Counted from the stretch's first letter, positions 10,788 to 25,634 are shown. The stretch: DNA of 64,000 nt from Lytechinus pictus (GCF_037042905.1 NC_087260.1:18600001-18664000); one strand, 5' to 3'. Notes: generated by a model from the letters alone, not told the origin. Numbers and translations are program-made.

Positions 10788-13700
10788 CCTTTGCCAAGGT
10801 ATAATTTAACCCGTGCTCACTGGTGCACTGGACTCCCAAAACTTCCACGACCAAAAAAAAAGAGAAAAAGACAGGAGAAAAGGAAAGACACAGAAATGAA
10901 AAGGGGTAAAGTAGTATATATCATTTTCATAATATTTTATCACGAAATTCGATTTCTATGGTTAAAAAGGGCTAATATTTTTGCACGCTCACTACGTTAT
11001 TTATTAGAAATTTTGCACCATAAGCCATTATGTGCCCCTCAAGATTTAGGATTAATTGCACCACTGCACCTACCCATGTGGGTTAATTCGTGCTGGGTAT
11101 TTATTTCATTTCTTGGAGGGTGGGGGCAAGGAGCTCCAAGCTCCTTGGTGGGGGCTACAGCGCTTCTCTGTGTCTGACACGGTTTTCAGAAAATGTTCAT
11201 TCTTACACAATGTAGCCTTCCTTAAAGATGATTTCAATGACATGATACATTTTTACCTTGGTTTAAAGCACTTTCTCTCGAAAATAGCATTGTTCATTGC
11301 GCCGGGATACTTGAATTTCGCTTTAAGTTCGCCATCCTCCTTGCTCGCTGCGACTGTTGAGCGATTTCTCTTGATTTGAGCTTTCCCTCCTCGCAGCTTT
11401 CAATCAATATAACTAGTTTGTGGGTCGTGTGTATGCGGATGAATCCATCTCCATGATGTACGAGGGAGAACAAAATCTTGCCACTATCTTTATCCGTACG
11501 TGGTTTGTATACGAACCTCTTCAGCTTGCTTACCGCATTATGTATAGGTGGGACTGTGTGTTGGTCGAATTGGCCTTGAGGTTGTGTGAAATCTATTTAG
11601 CCTATATTTCTTTGACATGTTGTTGTGAGGACGGACTACGTATCCGAAGACGAGGATTTTTTTCAAGAATCACCATCATTTTGAAGTATTATCACGAACA
11701 AAATTGGCATTCAATCAAGCTCAAACTAAGCCAACACTTGGATTGACAATGTATTAATTCTATATAATCTTCTAAGCTCTTCAAACATCAATAGTGCTTA
11801 ATTCATTGACATTCAAGAAATACTATGTAGTTTATACTAGGGTAATTTAAAGGTATATCTGCCATGAGGAATATTGGATTGAACTGATATTGTTCATAAT
11901 ATTATACACTCTTACAAACTTTATTTACAAACCACAAAGTTGAATAAAATATGAAGCGACCAACTTTTGGTTTAAAAAGTCCTAAAATAATTTTGCAAGA
12001 AAGTTTTGACAAGCATGAGATGGGTTCATATTTGAAACAACTAATAGGTCGGTTTAAAAAAAAAACACGCTTCGCAAGAGGGCACCCCAGCCCAATCCCT
12101 TGTAGTATCTGATTCCATATGCAGGGACTGTATGGTGCACGGCTAGGCATACTAATTCAAACAAAAGCTATATATTTCGACACTTCCTATATAGGTATGA
12201 TACGTCCCAGTCGTATCAATAATTCACCTTCCATGCATAGAAAATGATGAAGTGATTCCAATAGTAAACAAATTTCGTTCCATTTATCCATATATGCCCC
12301 AAGTAGACTTTATCTTTTTGTGAATTAAGAACGGGAGAGGATTGGTAAATAAGAATAAAGTTAATCCCTACAACAGGAAAATATGAATAGAAATTATACC
12401 ATCATTCAATATTATGATTGTTAATTGTGACCATTCTAGTCAGTGTGATACTTTGTAATTAACTAAACATGGAATAGTTATAACTCATTTATTTAGTATA
12501 TCCTAGATGCAAAATTAGATGTATTTAGATTGATTTTTTAAGACATACAATCACATTGGAATCCATATACTCAAAGAGATATTTTTTTAAGTGTTTTAAG
12601 TTTGTTTTCTGTTTTTGTTTTATTGTCATTCTTTTGTAAAGTGAAATCTTTGAAGGAGACCAACTTCTAAGGAGAATCAGGAAAAAACACACTTTGTAAC
12701 GAAAAAACACTTAACGGAAAATATATATAGCTAGATCATACTATGTTGTTGAAATAGGTTTGAATTTGCTTTTGATAAAAGCACACTAGCATTTTTTTTC
12801 TGTGGCAGATTATTTTGCACACCTTTTATGTACGCAGAAAAGTGCGGTTAAAAACTTGTCATGAATTACCTATGAGGGAAAAGCGCTCTCTGTTCCATCA
12901 CTTCATTCATAATAAACGACCATTTATCAAACCATTGTCAAACGATACATGAACCACAGAAGCAATAGATTATTTGATTAAAATAAGTAGTGCAAAATGG
13001 ATGCCCCGATGCATGAATTGGAATGAAAGATTGATGAATGAATGTATCGCCGACTCAGACGCAACACACGTCAATGGCTCATTGCGGCTACAGTCCCATT
13101 AGAAAACCAATTCTAGCCGTTTTAATCTTCCGAGCTACCTCGGGCTATCTGTGTATTATTAATGTTTTCCATTGTTTCCCTAACTTAATCATTGTGGCCA
13201 AGTAAAGCAAAGTGAGCAATACGCCATTTTATAACTTGAACTAGTGTTTTCTTTCTCAACTGTGTAATACTTTTTTGGAGTTTACCGGCTTGCTTGGTGT
13301 ACAAAACCCCCTCACGAAGATAATGATCTGTTTTTTCATAGATTTTAATTAATCATATCGCCTTTTTCTACTTTACAACTTCTACGGAATATAAAAGCTG
13401 CTAACTTTTTAATTTTGAATCGAAGAATATTACAATCTCACATGACGTACTTGATTTTTTCAGACGTATAAGACTGTTGCATGATCACACTTGTTCATGT
13501 TGTTTGTCTGTTGTGGTCATTTTTTATAATTCAGTCAAGAAAATATATGACAAAGCATAGAATATATATGAAAATTATAACGTATTTATTGTGGTATAGA
13601 GCTACATTCCAAGAAGGAAAAGAGATTAGTTTTACGCTCTAATGCAACACTGGCGGTATACCATTTGACTGTAATCTTAAACTCTTGGTGAATATGGTGC

Positions 13701-13794
13701 AAAATTAATTTTATCTATCGGGAAATACCAGTTTGCATCTTAGGATGTAGATGTATATTATTTTTGAAACCGAAAAATGCAAATTTGCACATTT

Positions 13795-13951
13795 CCTATT
13801 AAAAGGGGGCAAATTTGCACCTCCACAAAGCGTGTGGTGTGGCTAACTTCATCCCCTTACAGGTGAAAAACCGTTTTAGGTTGCAATGTTACACCCCACA
13901 AGGAGTTCTTCGTATTTGAAGGGTGCAAGATTGCACCCCTTTTTCTGAGTG
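13795..13951. mobile_element. Decayed CACT-ended MITE
   Basis: AAAAGGGGGCAAATTTGCACC ... GGTGCAAGATTGCACCCCTTTTTCTGAGTG. The left terminus is eroded. Confidence 0.55.
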
Positions 13952-15539
13952 CGATGTTATGGATATTATCATTGGGGAAGAGTTGATGAGTTTCAAATAT
14001 ACGATCAATAAGCAACAGCGTTTTGTTAACTTGATTTGAATTGGGCCTGGCACCAGTCAACTGGAAACTTCTTCTTCGAGTTTGAAGCCGTCTGCTCGAA
14101 ATGTCAGACCTATTAGCACAAAATGTAACATTATCTCGCCCGACTAGCAATCCATCATCTTCAATATTGTTTAAGGGGAAATCTTATTTTTAGTAAACTT
14201 AGTAAAATGGTGTCTGAATTTTGATAAGCATTTGTCATTTTTCCTTTTCTTTTTTTAAGTGAAAATGATTATCCTATTTGCATTGCCATAATGGAAGATA
14301 GTGTTGTTATTCCGGATAATATGACCAGGTTTTTCGAATTTCTTTGAATATGATACATACAAATCTGTGATCCATTATTGCAGTATTTAAGTTTTGGCAG
14401 AATTTGATACTTCTTTTACTTTTCAAACACTAATTTTTATTGAAGACATGATGGTGATACTATATAACAAGGCGCTAACGCTCATAGGACTCAGTTTCTA
14501 TTCGAAAAGCATTCGTATTTGATTTAAAAAAAATAGATTGAAAACAAATTGCAATGCAACCAATCTTCGACTTGATCAAATTACCATGAAAATCAATGCT
14601 TAGCTTACCATGTTAATATTTGAAATTCCAAATTCGGCACAAACAATTATGTAAATATGCTTTTATCCTGTGGATGTCATCATTTTTGTTACGAGGATGT
14701 TTTCATAATGACATGAATGAGCTCTTATGAATGTATACTCCTTTATCCTTACAACATAAATCTGGAGAATCATCAAAGCAGGGAGACAAATGACTCTTAT
14801 TACACAGAGAATAAAACTTCAACACTTAGTCCCATATATCACAGGAGTGCTGGTTATTTCCGATCCTTACCAAGCTTCCGTGCATGTATGACTCTTTATC
14901 ATTTTATGCTTTCTCCGAGACAACCCATTATAGTGAAAAACGAATCTATTAGGGCATCTTTTAGCCTTTCCCTTCCTAAAAAGCAATTCCATTATCCAAA
15001 CTCAAGGTTGGGCGTAATATAATGTGTCTAGGAAATATCGAAGAAGGGTAGTTCAAAGAAAATGGATTTTACTGTTGTCGTGGTTGAAAGATTTGATGAA
15101 AGTAACCCCAGACAGATTTCTTTTTTCTCGTCATGTTCCAAGATATCGGAACTGTTACAGAAAAAATTGAAATTGTAATAGAGAGCTGTCGTAGAAAAAA
15201 AATAAAAATATAGAAGAAAATAATTACGCAGGATCTGCACTGCCAACAATGTATAGATATTAACATTACTTCAGCTGTGCTGTGCACTTTTTAATAAAAA
15301 GTAGTTACAAATTCCTTGATGGAAGGTTGGATGGTATTTTTTTTTAAATCATATTTTACTATTAAATATGACGGCGACCGTTATTTTAATCACATTTGAA
15401 TATTTTGTCAAATGTACGAACATTTCTAGTTAGGTAAATAACAGTAAATATGACTGGACATAGTCAGTTGCATCCAACTGACTACAAATCTGGACATTCA
15501 CAACTGACGTAGTAGTAAGTCATAAATTGGTCCAAGATG

Positions 15540-15670
15540 ACTTACTGCTTTACGTCCTCTCCGAAGGACAACATTATAATGAAAAATAATGCATATGAAA
15601 TGTTACTCTGTCGCATCGTAATTGCTTCGAATCCGGATCTTGGGCACCAGGATCCCTGATCCACACACCC
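15540..15670 (-). mobile_element. Old SINE fragment
   Basis: The minus strand reads GTCCTTCGGAGAGGACGTAAAG, similar to the central domain of Nin/Deu-type SINEs, with a degraded GATTCGAA B-box-like motif upstream. Confidence 0.3.
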
Positions 15671-16633
15671 GTTTTTCTTCATCACTTAGAGAAATGTAAT
15701 TTTACCTATTTTTATTAGAGTGTAGAAGACCACACTAAGTTTTATTACACCCATGTTACCATGGTTATATTGTTTTCTTTCTTTCTGTCCCATCCTTCTA
15801 ATTCCCTCATCGTCCCTCTTCCTATTTCCCCACCATTCATTTCAATGAATAATATGAATTAAAACAAATCTCTCAGTGATATGTTTTCATAACTACATAT
15901 TTGCATTTTGACTGTTGCAACTTTTTATATCATTTTACTTTTTAAACTTTTAACTGAAAACATGAGGCACTTTATATTCGAATCTTACATTGACAGAGCG
16001 CCAACTGCTTAGCTGGATTTTAAAAGGGTTACAAAAACCGCATGTGAATTAAAACGGGGACAATATTGGAATATATATTATTCACGCCATCCAAAGCCTG
16101 CGTCATGTATACACAATCTTTATTACCGCAACACAAGGCGTCGGTGGACGTGGCGGTTTTCACATTTGAAATTCAAAACAAATTACTGTCCGCGTTGCCA
16201 ATTTGAGGGAGGTTAAAAGAAGACCTCAAATGTAAATCGTTTTATTTTTTTCTCGTCCTTCCCCCTACCCACTGCTCCCCCCCCCCCCTCTCTCTATCTA
16301 TCTATCTATCTATCTGTCTATCTATCTATCTAGCTCGCTAGCTATTTCTGAAATTCTTCATCTCCTACAATTTTGCGGTTGTGTGGTCTAAGGTAATCGG
16401 GGTAATAGATATATGGAATTTAATGCATACTAAAGCGTTTTCGAAATTCTAGACTCAAGGAAACACCGCATATAAACGTGAGAATATACTGGCAATAACA
16501 GATGTAAAGATTATTGAAAATGAATAATTCATACGTATAATGAAGGTGTTGAGGTTTACAAACTCTTGGTGTTAGTTTATCAGTCAATGATAATCACTCT
16601 GTCAGGCTTTTGGATAATTTGGTTAGTCGATAA

Positions 16634-16745
16634 TGCCCAAGTCACATCAGCAAAATTCAGTTCAGACTGACCAGATCTAAAACGTTATTTCCTGTGGCGC
16701 ACCCTCGGTCGGTTTGGAGTCGGTATCGTAGGTGTGACTGCAGCA
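16634..16745. mobile_element. Short MITE (CAGTCACACC family), Harbinger-like flanks
   Basis: TAA|TGCCCAAGTCACA ... TGTGACTGCAGCA|TTA. The core GTCGGTTTGGAG is shared with 40373 and, inverted, with 48216. Confidence 0.65.
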
Positions 16746-19700
16746 TTATGAACAATTCAGAGAGTGGTCTGTTCTTTAATTCGGAAATCATAGAAAAACT
16801 GTGACAGGTTACTTGTTAGTGGGTGATTGCCGGATTGATTGATAATCAACCAATCTGGATTATGGTTTTAAATTGGAAAAGACTTAGTTTTTAATCTGGT
16901 AATGGAAGGGTATTTGCATGTGATCTAGACGCTAAAGCCATGTGGTCACACCCGACCTCTTTCAATTGACTTGTTTTGTAACGTATGCATATCTAATTTG
17001 TGCTCTTAAAACAAAGGTTATTCATGACAACCTGGAAGCTATATAGTTAAAGGTTTGACAGACAAAGCAACGCGCGACAAATGCAAAAGTGTCATGTATC
17101 GGCATCCATTTTGTTAATCAGTTTAATATGGGCTTTCGGAATGACGGTAAAAATAAAATGAAGTCATCATAGACCAGGATGGGGAGAGGCAAATCCAGGT
17201 TAATGTCTTTTAAAGTGCTGTAATCACTTTTATTTACTGTAAAGGATATATTTGCAACCGGCTACCAAACATTTTGTAGAAAATCAACCCAAACAACAGT
17301 TATTTCTGACCAACTCATGGTCACTTCTGCTTTGTTCTTTCTCATCTAGCTGTAAATTTCTTCCCAACGTTGACCAAAATAATAATTTAGGAAGGGTGGC
17401 CATGTCTTTGGCAAGCTTTAACAATATCATTGAATATTGATATGGGTTTTTAAATCTTAAATCCTTATTTGGAGAGACAGTATAACGGATCCTTTAAGCC
17501 TCCTTATTTATATCACTGTTTCGAGAGAGGGCAGCTTGTCAAAAATAATTGGAACAAATCTTATGAAACAGATCGATTTTTCACCGACATATAATAGTCC
17601 TATCCATTTATAATTACATTCATTGAATATATAAAGTACTGTTACAGTTATTGTATAGCCCATGGCATAATGGGAAAGTGACTTATTCACATTGGCGTCT
17701 TTTTTATGTTTATAAATGTTCACTGTGTGATTGGAGACACTCAGGCTAATTTGAACCACCATTTAACCTATCCCTCTTTCGAATTAATCTTAATCTTCAC
17801 GACTTGTTTAAATTGTAACCCGAGGCCGTGTATCCAAACCTTAAACAATTCTGTAAAACTTGATACCACAACATGCTAGATCCGCCGCCACGTCCATACA
17901 TATTGCATGGTCACTTCGAGTACTTGGCGGCGAAGTCGGCATGGTCGGACAATCATACATGGGAATTCATCATAAATTTATTTTGCTCGAAGGCATTTAT
18001 ATTGGGAGTCGAGAGGTAAGCGGGAAACGAATTCGACACCATAACCTAAACCAGCACCTCGAAAAACACTTGAACTGTCTTTACTTACACCATGTTGTGT
18101 TTAATAAATATGGATGAGGTCTTGGCTGATGTTGGGTTCTTCTCTCTCTTTCTTCTTCTTTCAACTATACCATTGAATTTTGTCCTTCCTCTTTTCATTT
18201 GGTTCATTCTATCTACCAAATTTCGTTCATTGCCGTCACGGCGTTGTTACTTTCAAAAGAATTTTTAGTTCTAGAAAGACGGTATTATCTATTTACCTCC
18301 ATTAAATTTGCCTTATTTAACCTCTTCCTCTTCCTTCTATTCCCTCTCCTGCTCCATCTCTTTCACTTCATCCTCCTCATTGCACCCTCCCTCGTTTTTT
18401 CTTTAATCTTCTGATAAACTAGTAGTGAAATTTTCATTTTATTTTAGTATAATTTCCTGCGATTTTTAAACATGTATTTTGGGGCTCTTTCATTTTGACT
18501 AGTCCTTTTTAATCTAAGTTTCTTGAACCAAATTTAATAATTCGTTCTTTTTATATCATAAGGAAATAAAAATGTGGATAAAAGAGCAATTAAATATTTC
18601 CCTTCACATACATGTATCATAGATCAATTATCCTTTAAACAGTGAGAAGAAGATTCTCTCCCTCCCATTCCTTCCCCAATCATGCTCTTAAAAAACAGTC
18701 TAAAAATACCAGCTCGATTCACAATCCGTTCAAATCACTTTCAAGGGCAATTTAAAGTAAATAACCCTCCCTCTTTATCCCCTACAAGTCCATTTCACTT
18801 CGTCCAAGGGTGTACCCTGACTGCATGCGAAAGAAGCCTGTTCGCCGCAAGAAGATTGGCTAATTCCCGAAAAAACAACATGGATTTGGGAGATATCTAG
18901 ATTAGATGTAAACCTAGTCCACAGGCGAATTAGTCCCCGGAAATTGGCGTCTCAAGTTTGTAGGGATCTGTGGATTGATTTATACACCTGCCTAATTCGC
19001 GATGTCCCTATGTCAGCTCATGGTTTCGATTATACACATTTCCGGTATAGGCCGCCCATGCTCGGCAACGTTATGGTAGTGGTCAGCGAGATTTCTTGGC
19101 AGTTTTATCTATGTAAAATTGTGTATATTTCTAATACACATGCGTAACTTTCACGCCATTTGTTTGGATTGATATCATCATCATCATCATCTGCTGTAAT
19201 CTTCAAAGGGCTCTGCAGCCTATCACGAAGATCAGAGCTCAGATATTATTGCCAAATTAGTATATAATGACAGGTTTTCTCACTCTTTATACATGAATTC
19301 GATAAAGTAATTGAATATACTTGACCTTGTACAACACAACTTTCATATGCCTTCTTTTGCTTTAGTTAAAATTTAACACGAATCTTGAATCTAATTTGAG
19401 CCTGTGTGTGTATCAAACATCAAAAACAATATATTGTGCACTGTGGGAATATAAAAGATGATGATGGGGAGTAGATTGTTGCACTTCAGGCGAAATGTGG
19501 ATTAAATTCAAGACTTAAGCTTTAATCAGGGCTTAAATCTAACAAGCTTCACATTATTGATATTACATCAATTACGTCCAAGTTTGTGATGAATAGAGCT
19601 CAAATATTTTCATGCGAACAGAAGCATGTTTCGGTGAACCACAAGTGGAAGTTGCCCTGGATTTCAGCAAGTCTGATGGACGTTGTAAATAATTTTACCA

Positions 19701-22149
19701 CAATTCTTGGCATTTTCCGTTGCACACTTGACCTCCATGCCTACGCAACCTTGATTTCCATTCTTCACTTCTTCGGTCCTTCTTCTCCATGAATGTGCCT
19801 TGTCCTATCGCTTCTGACGATGCATGTTCTTATTCCATTTAAACAGACCTACCATGTGCGTGTATACACCTCAGTCGCATCGCAATACGCCCTACCCAAA
19901 TCCTACCGGCTCCTATCCATATAGGGAGAATGTAATTGGTGCTCGATATACGATTGGTGTTTTTGTATGACTGACCCTGCAAAGCTCGGACGAGGAACGG
20001 GCTGACGTATTATGAATCGAAGCGGAGCAACCAACATCCATGTAGTTAAGCTGATTAGGTCGGTTTATTGAACCGATTATTACTGGCTTCATAATATTGA
20101 TAGATAGTTGGTAGCGTCGATGGAAAGGGGGAAAGTGTGCAGGAGAAGGGGGAACAGATAGAAAGGAGGGGGTGGTATGTGAAAAGAGGAAAATTATGAG
20201 AAGAGTGAAAGACGATTCCCAGCCCTATAAAAGGGTTTGATAAAAAATGTACACAATATTGATATTAAAGGAATGTGCATATATTGCTCGATGGAATAAC
20301 CGGAAAAGGGACGTCTCATGGGTATTTTTGAACAACATTTAATTTTATGGGGTTTTAACCCCCCCCCCAAAAAAAAAAAAAGTAAAACGGGTAATAAAAA
20401 TGAATAATAATGAGGGAAAAATAATAATAAATAATAATCACGTTTTAATATAAGTATACCCATAATGTTCTGAAGCCTATATACAATAAAGAACATTGAT
20501 TTAGGTAAATAAGAGAAAAGGCATTGTTATTTTTGGGCGATACGAGTAGAGGGCACGTATGGCTGAAAACAAATGATAGTGTACATTCAGCAGAGTGCAT
20601 TGTTAAGAAAGTATTGAATTATCCGCTACATCGATCCCCTCACCCAATTCTCCTTGGACTTACCTTTTCAACATCTCTCATGTTCCCTGTAATTCTATCA
20701 AAATCTTCTTTCATGATGAAGACACCCTTTCATTTTTCTCATAATTACATTTATTGGGTGTCTATCAAATAATGTGTACGCCTCGATATCCATGAATATC
20801 ACTTCTACAACCTATTTTCAAAATTAATGTCAATTTTTTCCACATTATTTCATTCGGTACCCACAGAAATCGGTGAGTGTCAAATCGACAAAATATGATC
20901 GGTGAAATTGCGCCGTGCAAAATACTGAAAAATTTGCTTTCGCTTCATCTATTTTTTTTTTTAAGATGTTGCTCATTCTCACCCCTCTCCTCACTCTCTC
21001 TTTCTCTGTCCGCCTCTCTCTTCGTTCTTGCCTTCTTATGCAGGCCCTCTCACACCCTCACGCGCGCACACACGCACACACCCTCACACACACACACACT
21101 GACATTCATACATGTTCTTATATGTCTCTTCATACATCTACTGTTAAACAGATATACGAGATAGATGTATGAAATATATCTACATAATTCAAAATAAAAT
21201 TCTGAACTCTGTATTTACAGATCTACGAATACTGGTAAATTTCGTATTTTTAGAATTTTAAGCCTTAATTACGATGGCATTTTTTTACAATCATATTTCG
21301 TCTTAAATAAAATCGAAAAGTAATAAATGATTTCATAATAAATTATCTCAAGGCCAACAAAATCAAATAATTGATGATTGTACAGTAAATTTCTGGAATG
21401 AATAATTATAAATCATATTCCATGTTATTGCTATATTGGTATTTTTATTCTAGTTATCACCTATTTTATCCTGAACAATTGCAAAACGGCTTTCTTAATG
21501 TAACTATTTCGAGAACACGATGCCATATCTGACCTTGTTTTTCGAAATATGATTATGATTGTTCTTTCTCTCTTCTTCTTCTTCATCGTCTTCTTCTTAT
21601 TCTTCTTCTTCATACTGTTATCTCAATTACAATTTTCATTCCTCTTTGTACATGTTATATGCATCTCTTCCATACTCCCATTCTCTTCAAAAGCCTTTCC
21701 CACCCTCTCTCGTTCCTTCCAGCTAAGCTTTTACCCCGATCTCCCTCTAGACACAAACATTGACATTCTGAGTGAGTTAAATCAAATTTAGTTCATCTCA
21801 CTACGCTTTCGGGTACTCCCTCGCGGGGAAAAGAAATTCAATGTAAATGGTAATAATAAGGCTTCCTTTCTCGTGTAAGAAAGGTATGTGTGTATATATA
21901 TAGGCAAATGGTACCGCGTTTTATTCCTGTATACAATGTAATATTGAACCTGTGTTTACCGTGTAGCATCTAAAATGTAGAGAAAGTTTTCCGTGTAGCA
22001 TAGAGAAATTTGCAGCAGATGACTAAAAATGCTGGCACACATGCGGATACATGAGTAAAACATGTAAACATGGTTTGAATTAAGACAATTGAAAAGTGAT
22101 GATTAAAGTCAGGATTGCATCATTTCACCCGATTACGAAGAACAAAAAA

Positions 22150-22314
22150 ATCATGTATGCTTGTTAGTAAAGATCTAGATGACCGATGACTTTTAATAAG
22201 GCCCTTTCCGAAAAACATTGTAACGATGTTAAAGACTTGCTAAAGTACTGGCTGGGTGTTGAACCCGAGACACCCTATTGTCAGACCAATCAGTCTACCA
22301 ACTTAACTATCACC
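22150..22314 (-). mobile_element. Decayed tRNA-derived SINE
   Basis: On the minus strand GGTGATAGTTAAGTTGGTAGA (A-box-like) is followed by GGGTTCAACACCCAGCC (B-box-like) at tRNA spacing. Confidence 0.45.
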
Positions 22315-23250
22315 TATTCTCTTTTTCTCCGTCATAGATACAATCTTATAAAACTTTGCATTTTCAACATTGATTCTTAATTAAGATGAATAAGTTCGCT
22401 AGCATCCGTCAACTAAATCTACAAATTATTCTGGATTATATTTTCATTATTTTCCAGACTGAAGTAGAAACATATTGCAACGGATATATCGGATTTATCT
22501 GGTACTGAGAAAAAAGCTTTATTAGAATTATTGGCAAACATGGCATGTAATCAACATGATCAAAGTAATAACTTTTTAAGATGAGTGCACATAATCTTTA
22601 ACATGATGGAGATAAAACGGGTGAATTTTTTTAAAAAGAATATGAAAGAAAAATTCATAAGCCGCTCATCCAAAGAAATCCTATACCCCAAGTAATTTTA
22701 ATGTAACTGCATGGGTAATAATATGGAAATTATAGATATGTAATCTGTTTATTTACATTTTTATTGGAAAACAGAATTTGGCCTTCTTGAAATTGGGTAT
22801 CATAATGATATTGTGGCATGGGAACTTGAAAAAGAGTTTTCTAGCTACAAAAACACCTTAATAGTGGTTAAACAACACCAGTTGAAAATCAAATTGATAT
22901 GACCGAATAGGTGTTAGCCGTTCATTTCAAATTACATTTGTACTGAATCCTATACACTGTAAAACCTATAGTGTTCTAACACTGTGGTTTTGAAACTGGT
23001 GCAAAATCGGTGTACAAATGCTTGTTGTGGTCCTATGTCTACACTGATGGTGTAATTTTAACACCTCTGTTATTTGCATTGTATAAATCTACGAGACCAT
23101 TTTGCTACCTACAGGTGTTTTTAACACGGGAGCCGCGAATCGTCCTTTGCCCCAAGTATTATCGCCTAGACCCGAAGACTAAGAAATACGGTATATACAA
23201 CAAACATAATTAAGACAAACAATATCAAGATCTAAAATTATAGCTGTTAA

Positions 23251-23468
23251 AGCTAGGGTTACACCGGAACCGAATCAGCTGCGAATTCATCCGAATACAC
23301 GCATTCGGGTGGCCTCGGGAGTATTCTGTCATTCTCTGCGAATGCGAGAAAATTCGGAAGGGATTCGGGAACATTTGAATCCACCGAAACCATCCGAATC
23401 AGGCCGTATTCGGGCGGAAGCGGTCCGAAAATTATTCGGGAGAATTCGGTTTTGGTGTAACCCTAGCT
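23251..23468. mobile_element. PIF/Harbinger MITE with TAA TSD
   Basis: Perfect 15-bp TIR AGCTAGGGTTACACC / GGTGTAACCCTAGCT with TAA on both sides. Internal CCGAAT/ATTCGG repeats. Confidence 0.9.
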
Positions 23469-24446
23469 TAAAAGTCAAAGGGAACCGACTTAAGTTACAC
23501 AGTGATTTAGCACAAAAGAAACTTTTTAAAATGCTACGACACCAAGTTTTAATGTTCAAGGGCGTACGGTAGAGTAACACGATAAACAAAATTAATGGAA
23601 CATGGTATCTCAACATAATTCGTGAAGGAGGGGAAACTTCAAAGCGCTTTATTCCACACCGGGTGCATCTAATTTGTTTATATACAGCATCATCCAAAGC
23701 ACTTCGTATAGCTATTAAAAAATGAACTATTTACTGGTGTTTTGAGGAAAAGCGTACACCGGGAAACTGTAAAAATCAACCTTTCTTTTTAAGAGAGAGG
23801 AGGAGAGAGAGAGAGAGCAAAGCGCCGATATAACGTTACCTTCGCATGCATATATGAATACGGGTTGGGAGCGAGACGTACACAAACACTGCTCGCGGCA
23901 CTACAGACAATATTATATGTCGGGACGTGTGTCCTCTTGTATTTGTAACAAGGCTTGTACTACTGCTGAAGATAACTTTCTTTCAATAATCATTACGATT
24001 GAAAATTGCTTTGAATTGATATCAGTTTCAGGTATCTCGTGATATTGTTTGTGTTATCTTATTTTAAACCGCCCAGTTTGCTTATTGGCTGTTTTATACC
24101 ATCCATTCAGGGGTAATTATAAGCTTACAAAAACAGAGAGGGGGTAGAAATATGAAGCCACTTATGGCAAGTAACCACACTCCAATCCCCCCACCCCAAA
24201 AAATGAAAAATAAAATAAATACATATATATATATAAATAAATGCGTTTATAATGATAATGATGATAACAACAATGATATTAATGGAAATGAGGTTCCTTT
24301 GAGCAAATTGCGGTGGAACCCACCCCTTTTATACCTGACTATAGTTTAGTTCTTAATGTCATTAATGTCATTAAGGTCATTCATAATGTTGTTTCACATG
24401 TCCTCCTGCATCTCATAACACCACATCCCCACACACTTTTCTCTCA

Positions 24447-24699
24447 CACTGCAAAAACGCCGGTGTTAATCTAACACCAGTCCGAAATCTATACACATGT
24501 ATATCCACACCAGATAACTATTGAAAAAACACCAGTTTGGAGTCAAACCAATGCTGTTTTAATACTACTGTTATTGGTGTTGTATAAACGCCTATCCGGT
24601 GTTAGACCAAAACCAAACTGGTGTTGCGTAACACTTCACTGGTGTGGACGTATATAGATTCCAGGCTGGTGTTAAATTAACACCGGCGTTTTTGCAGTG
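24447..24699. mobile_element. CACTG-ended MITE with 2-bp CA TSD
   Basis: CA|CACTGCAAAAACGCCGGTGTTAAT ... ATTAACACCGGCGTTTTTGCAGTG|CA. Confidence 0.9.
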
Positions 24700-25634
24700 C
24701 ACCCTCTTACCCCTTTCCCCTTTCTCTCTCCCCCTCTTTCTCTACCCACCCCCCTCTCACTCCCTCTCTCTTTCTTTCTCCCTTTCTCTATTTCTCTCAA
24801 TTCCTAAATTCCTATATATTTCGGAAGCGGATAAAATTAGATTTGACTGTCTGCAACCGAGATAGATGTATAGTCTTATCGGGATTAAACCTATAAGAAT
24901 TTGAATGTCAAATGTCCAATTGCGTCTTATTGCGACTCGAGCTTTCAAAGTGGGAGCACTTAAGGTTGTCATACTTGTCTAAGATGTGAAGAATTTTGAT
25001 TTCTAGCTAGAAGTTGATTCCACTTCTCAATTCTTGACAATTTTAACATATAGCTGTAAAATCAATTTAAGATGTCTAACATATTTAAGATTGGATGTAG
25101 TTTCATAAAATATTTTAGAAATGGATTTTGTTTCCAGGTTGTTGTCATTTTCACCTTCATTTACTTTACGGAACTTTACGGAACGATCGTCCAAAATTCT
25201 CGAAAGAAAATTCATCTTGTATTCATAATAATATATTGGTATATAATTTTGTACATTTACAGTTGATTGTGTCTGGACAGTTATTAAGACCAACAAAAAC
25301 TCAATAAAACCAATGGAAAAGTGTACACATTGACGATTTTGTTGATAGCAATGAATGTACAAAAAATCAAGTATATTCATGGTATGACAAAGTTTCCCTG
25401 AACATTACTTCCTCTTTAAGTAGTATATTCCAAGTGGTTAGATACGCTCGTCCATCACTCTAATGAGTGAGCCATTGAATTACATTAAATCGAATTAACT
25501 CCCCGGCGATGTACCATAATACGTTGGGTCTGGCTGCCGGGAGAAAATAATCAAATTATAGCACAATGTTCTTGATATGTATTTTCCTATAGATTTACCT
25601 TGAAGATGAACATGTGTCTTATTTTGAAGTTACC

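Noticed and set aside
13857-14190. Minus-strand ORF as neuroligin exon 2
   Set aside because: No carboxylesterase motifs, weak acceptor, and it runs into a MITE.
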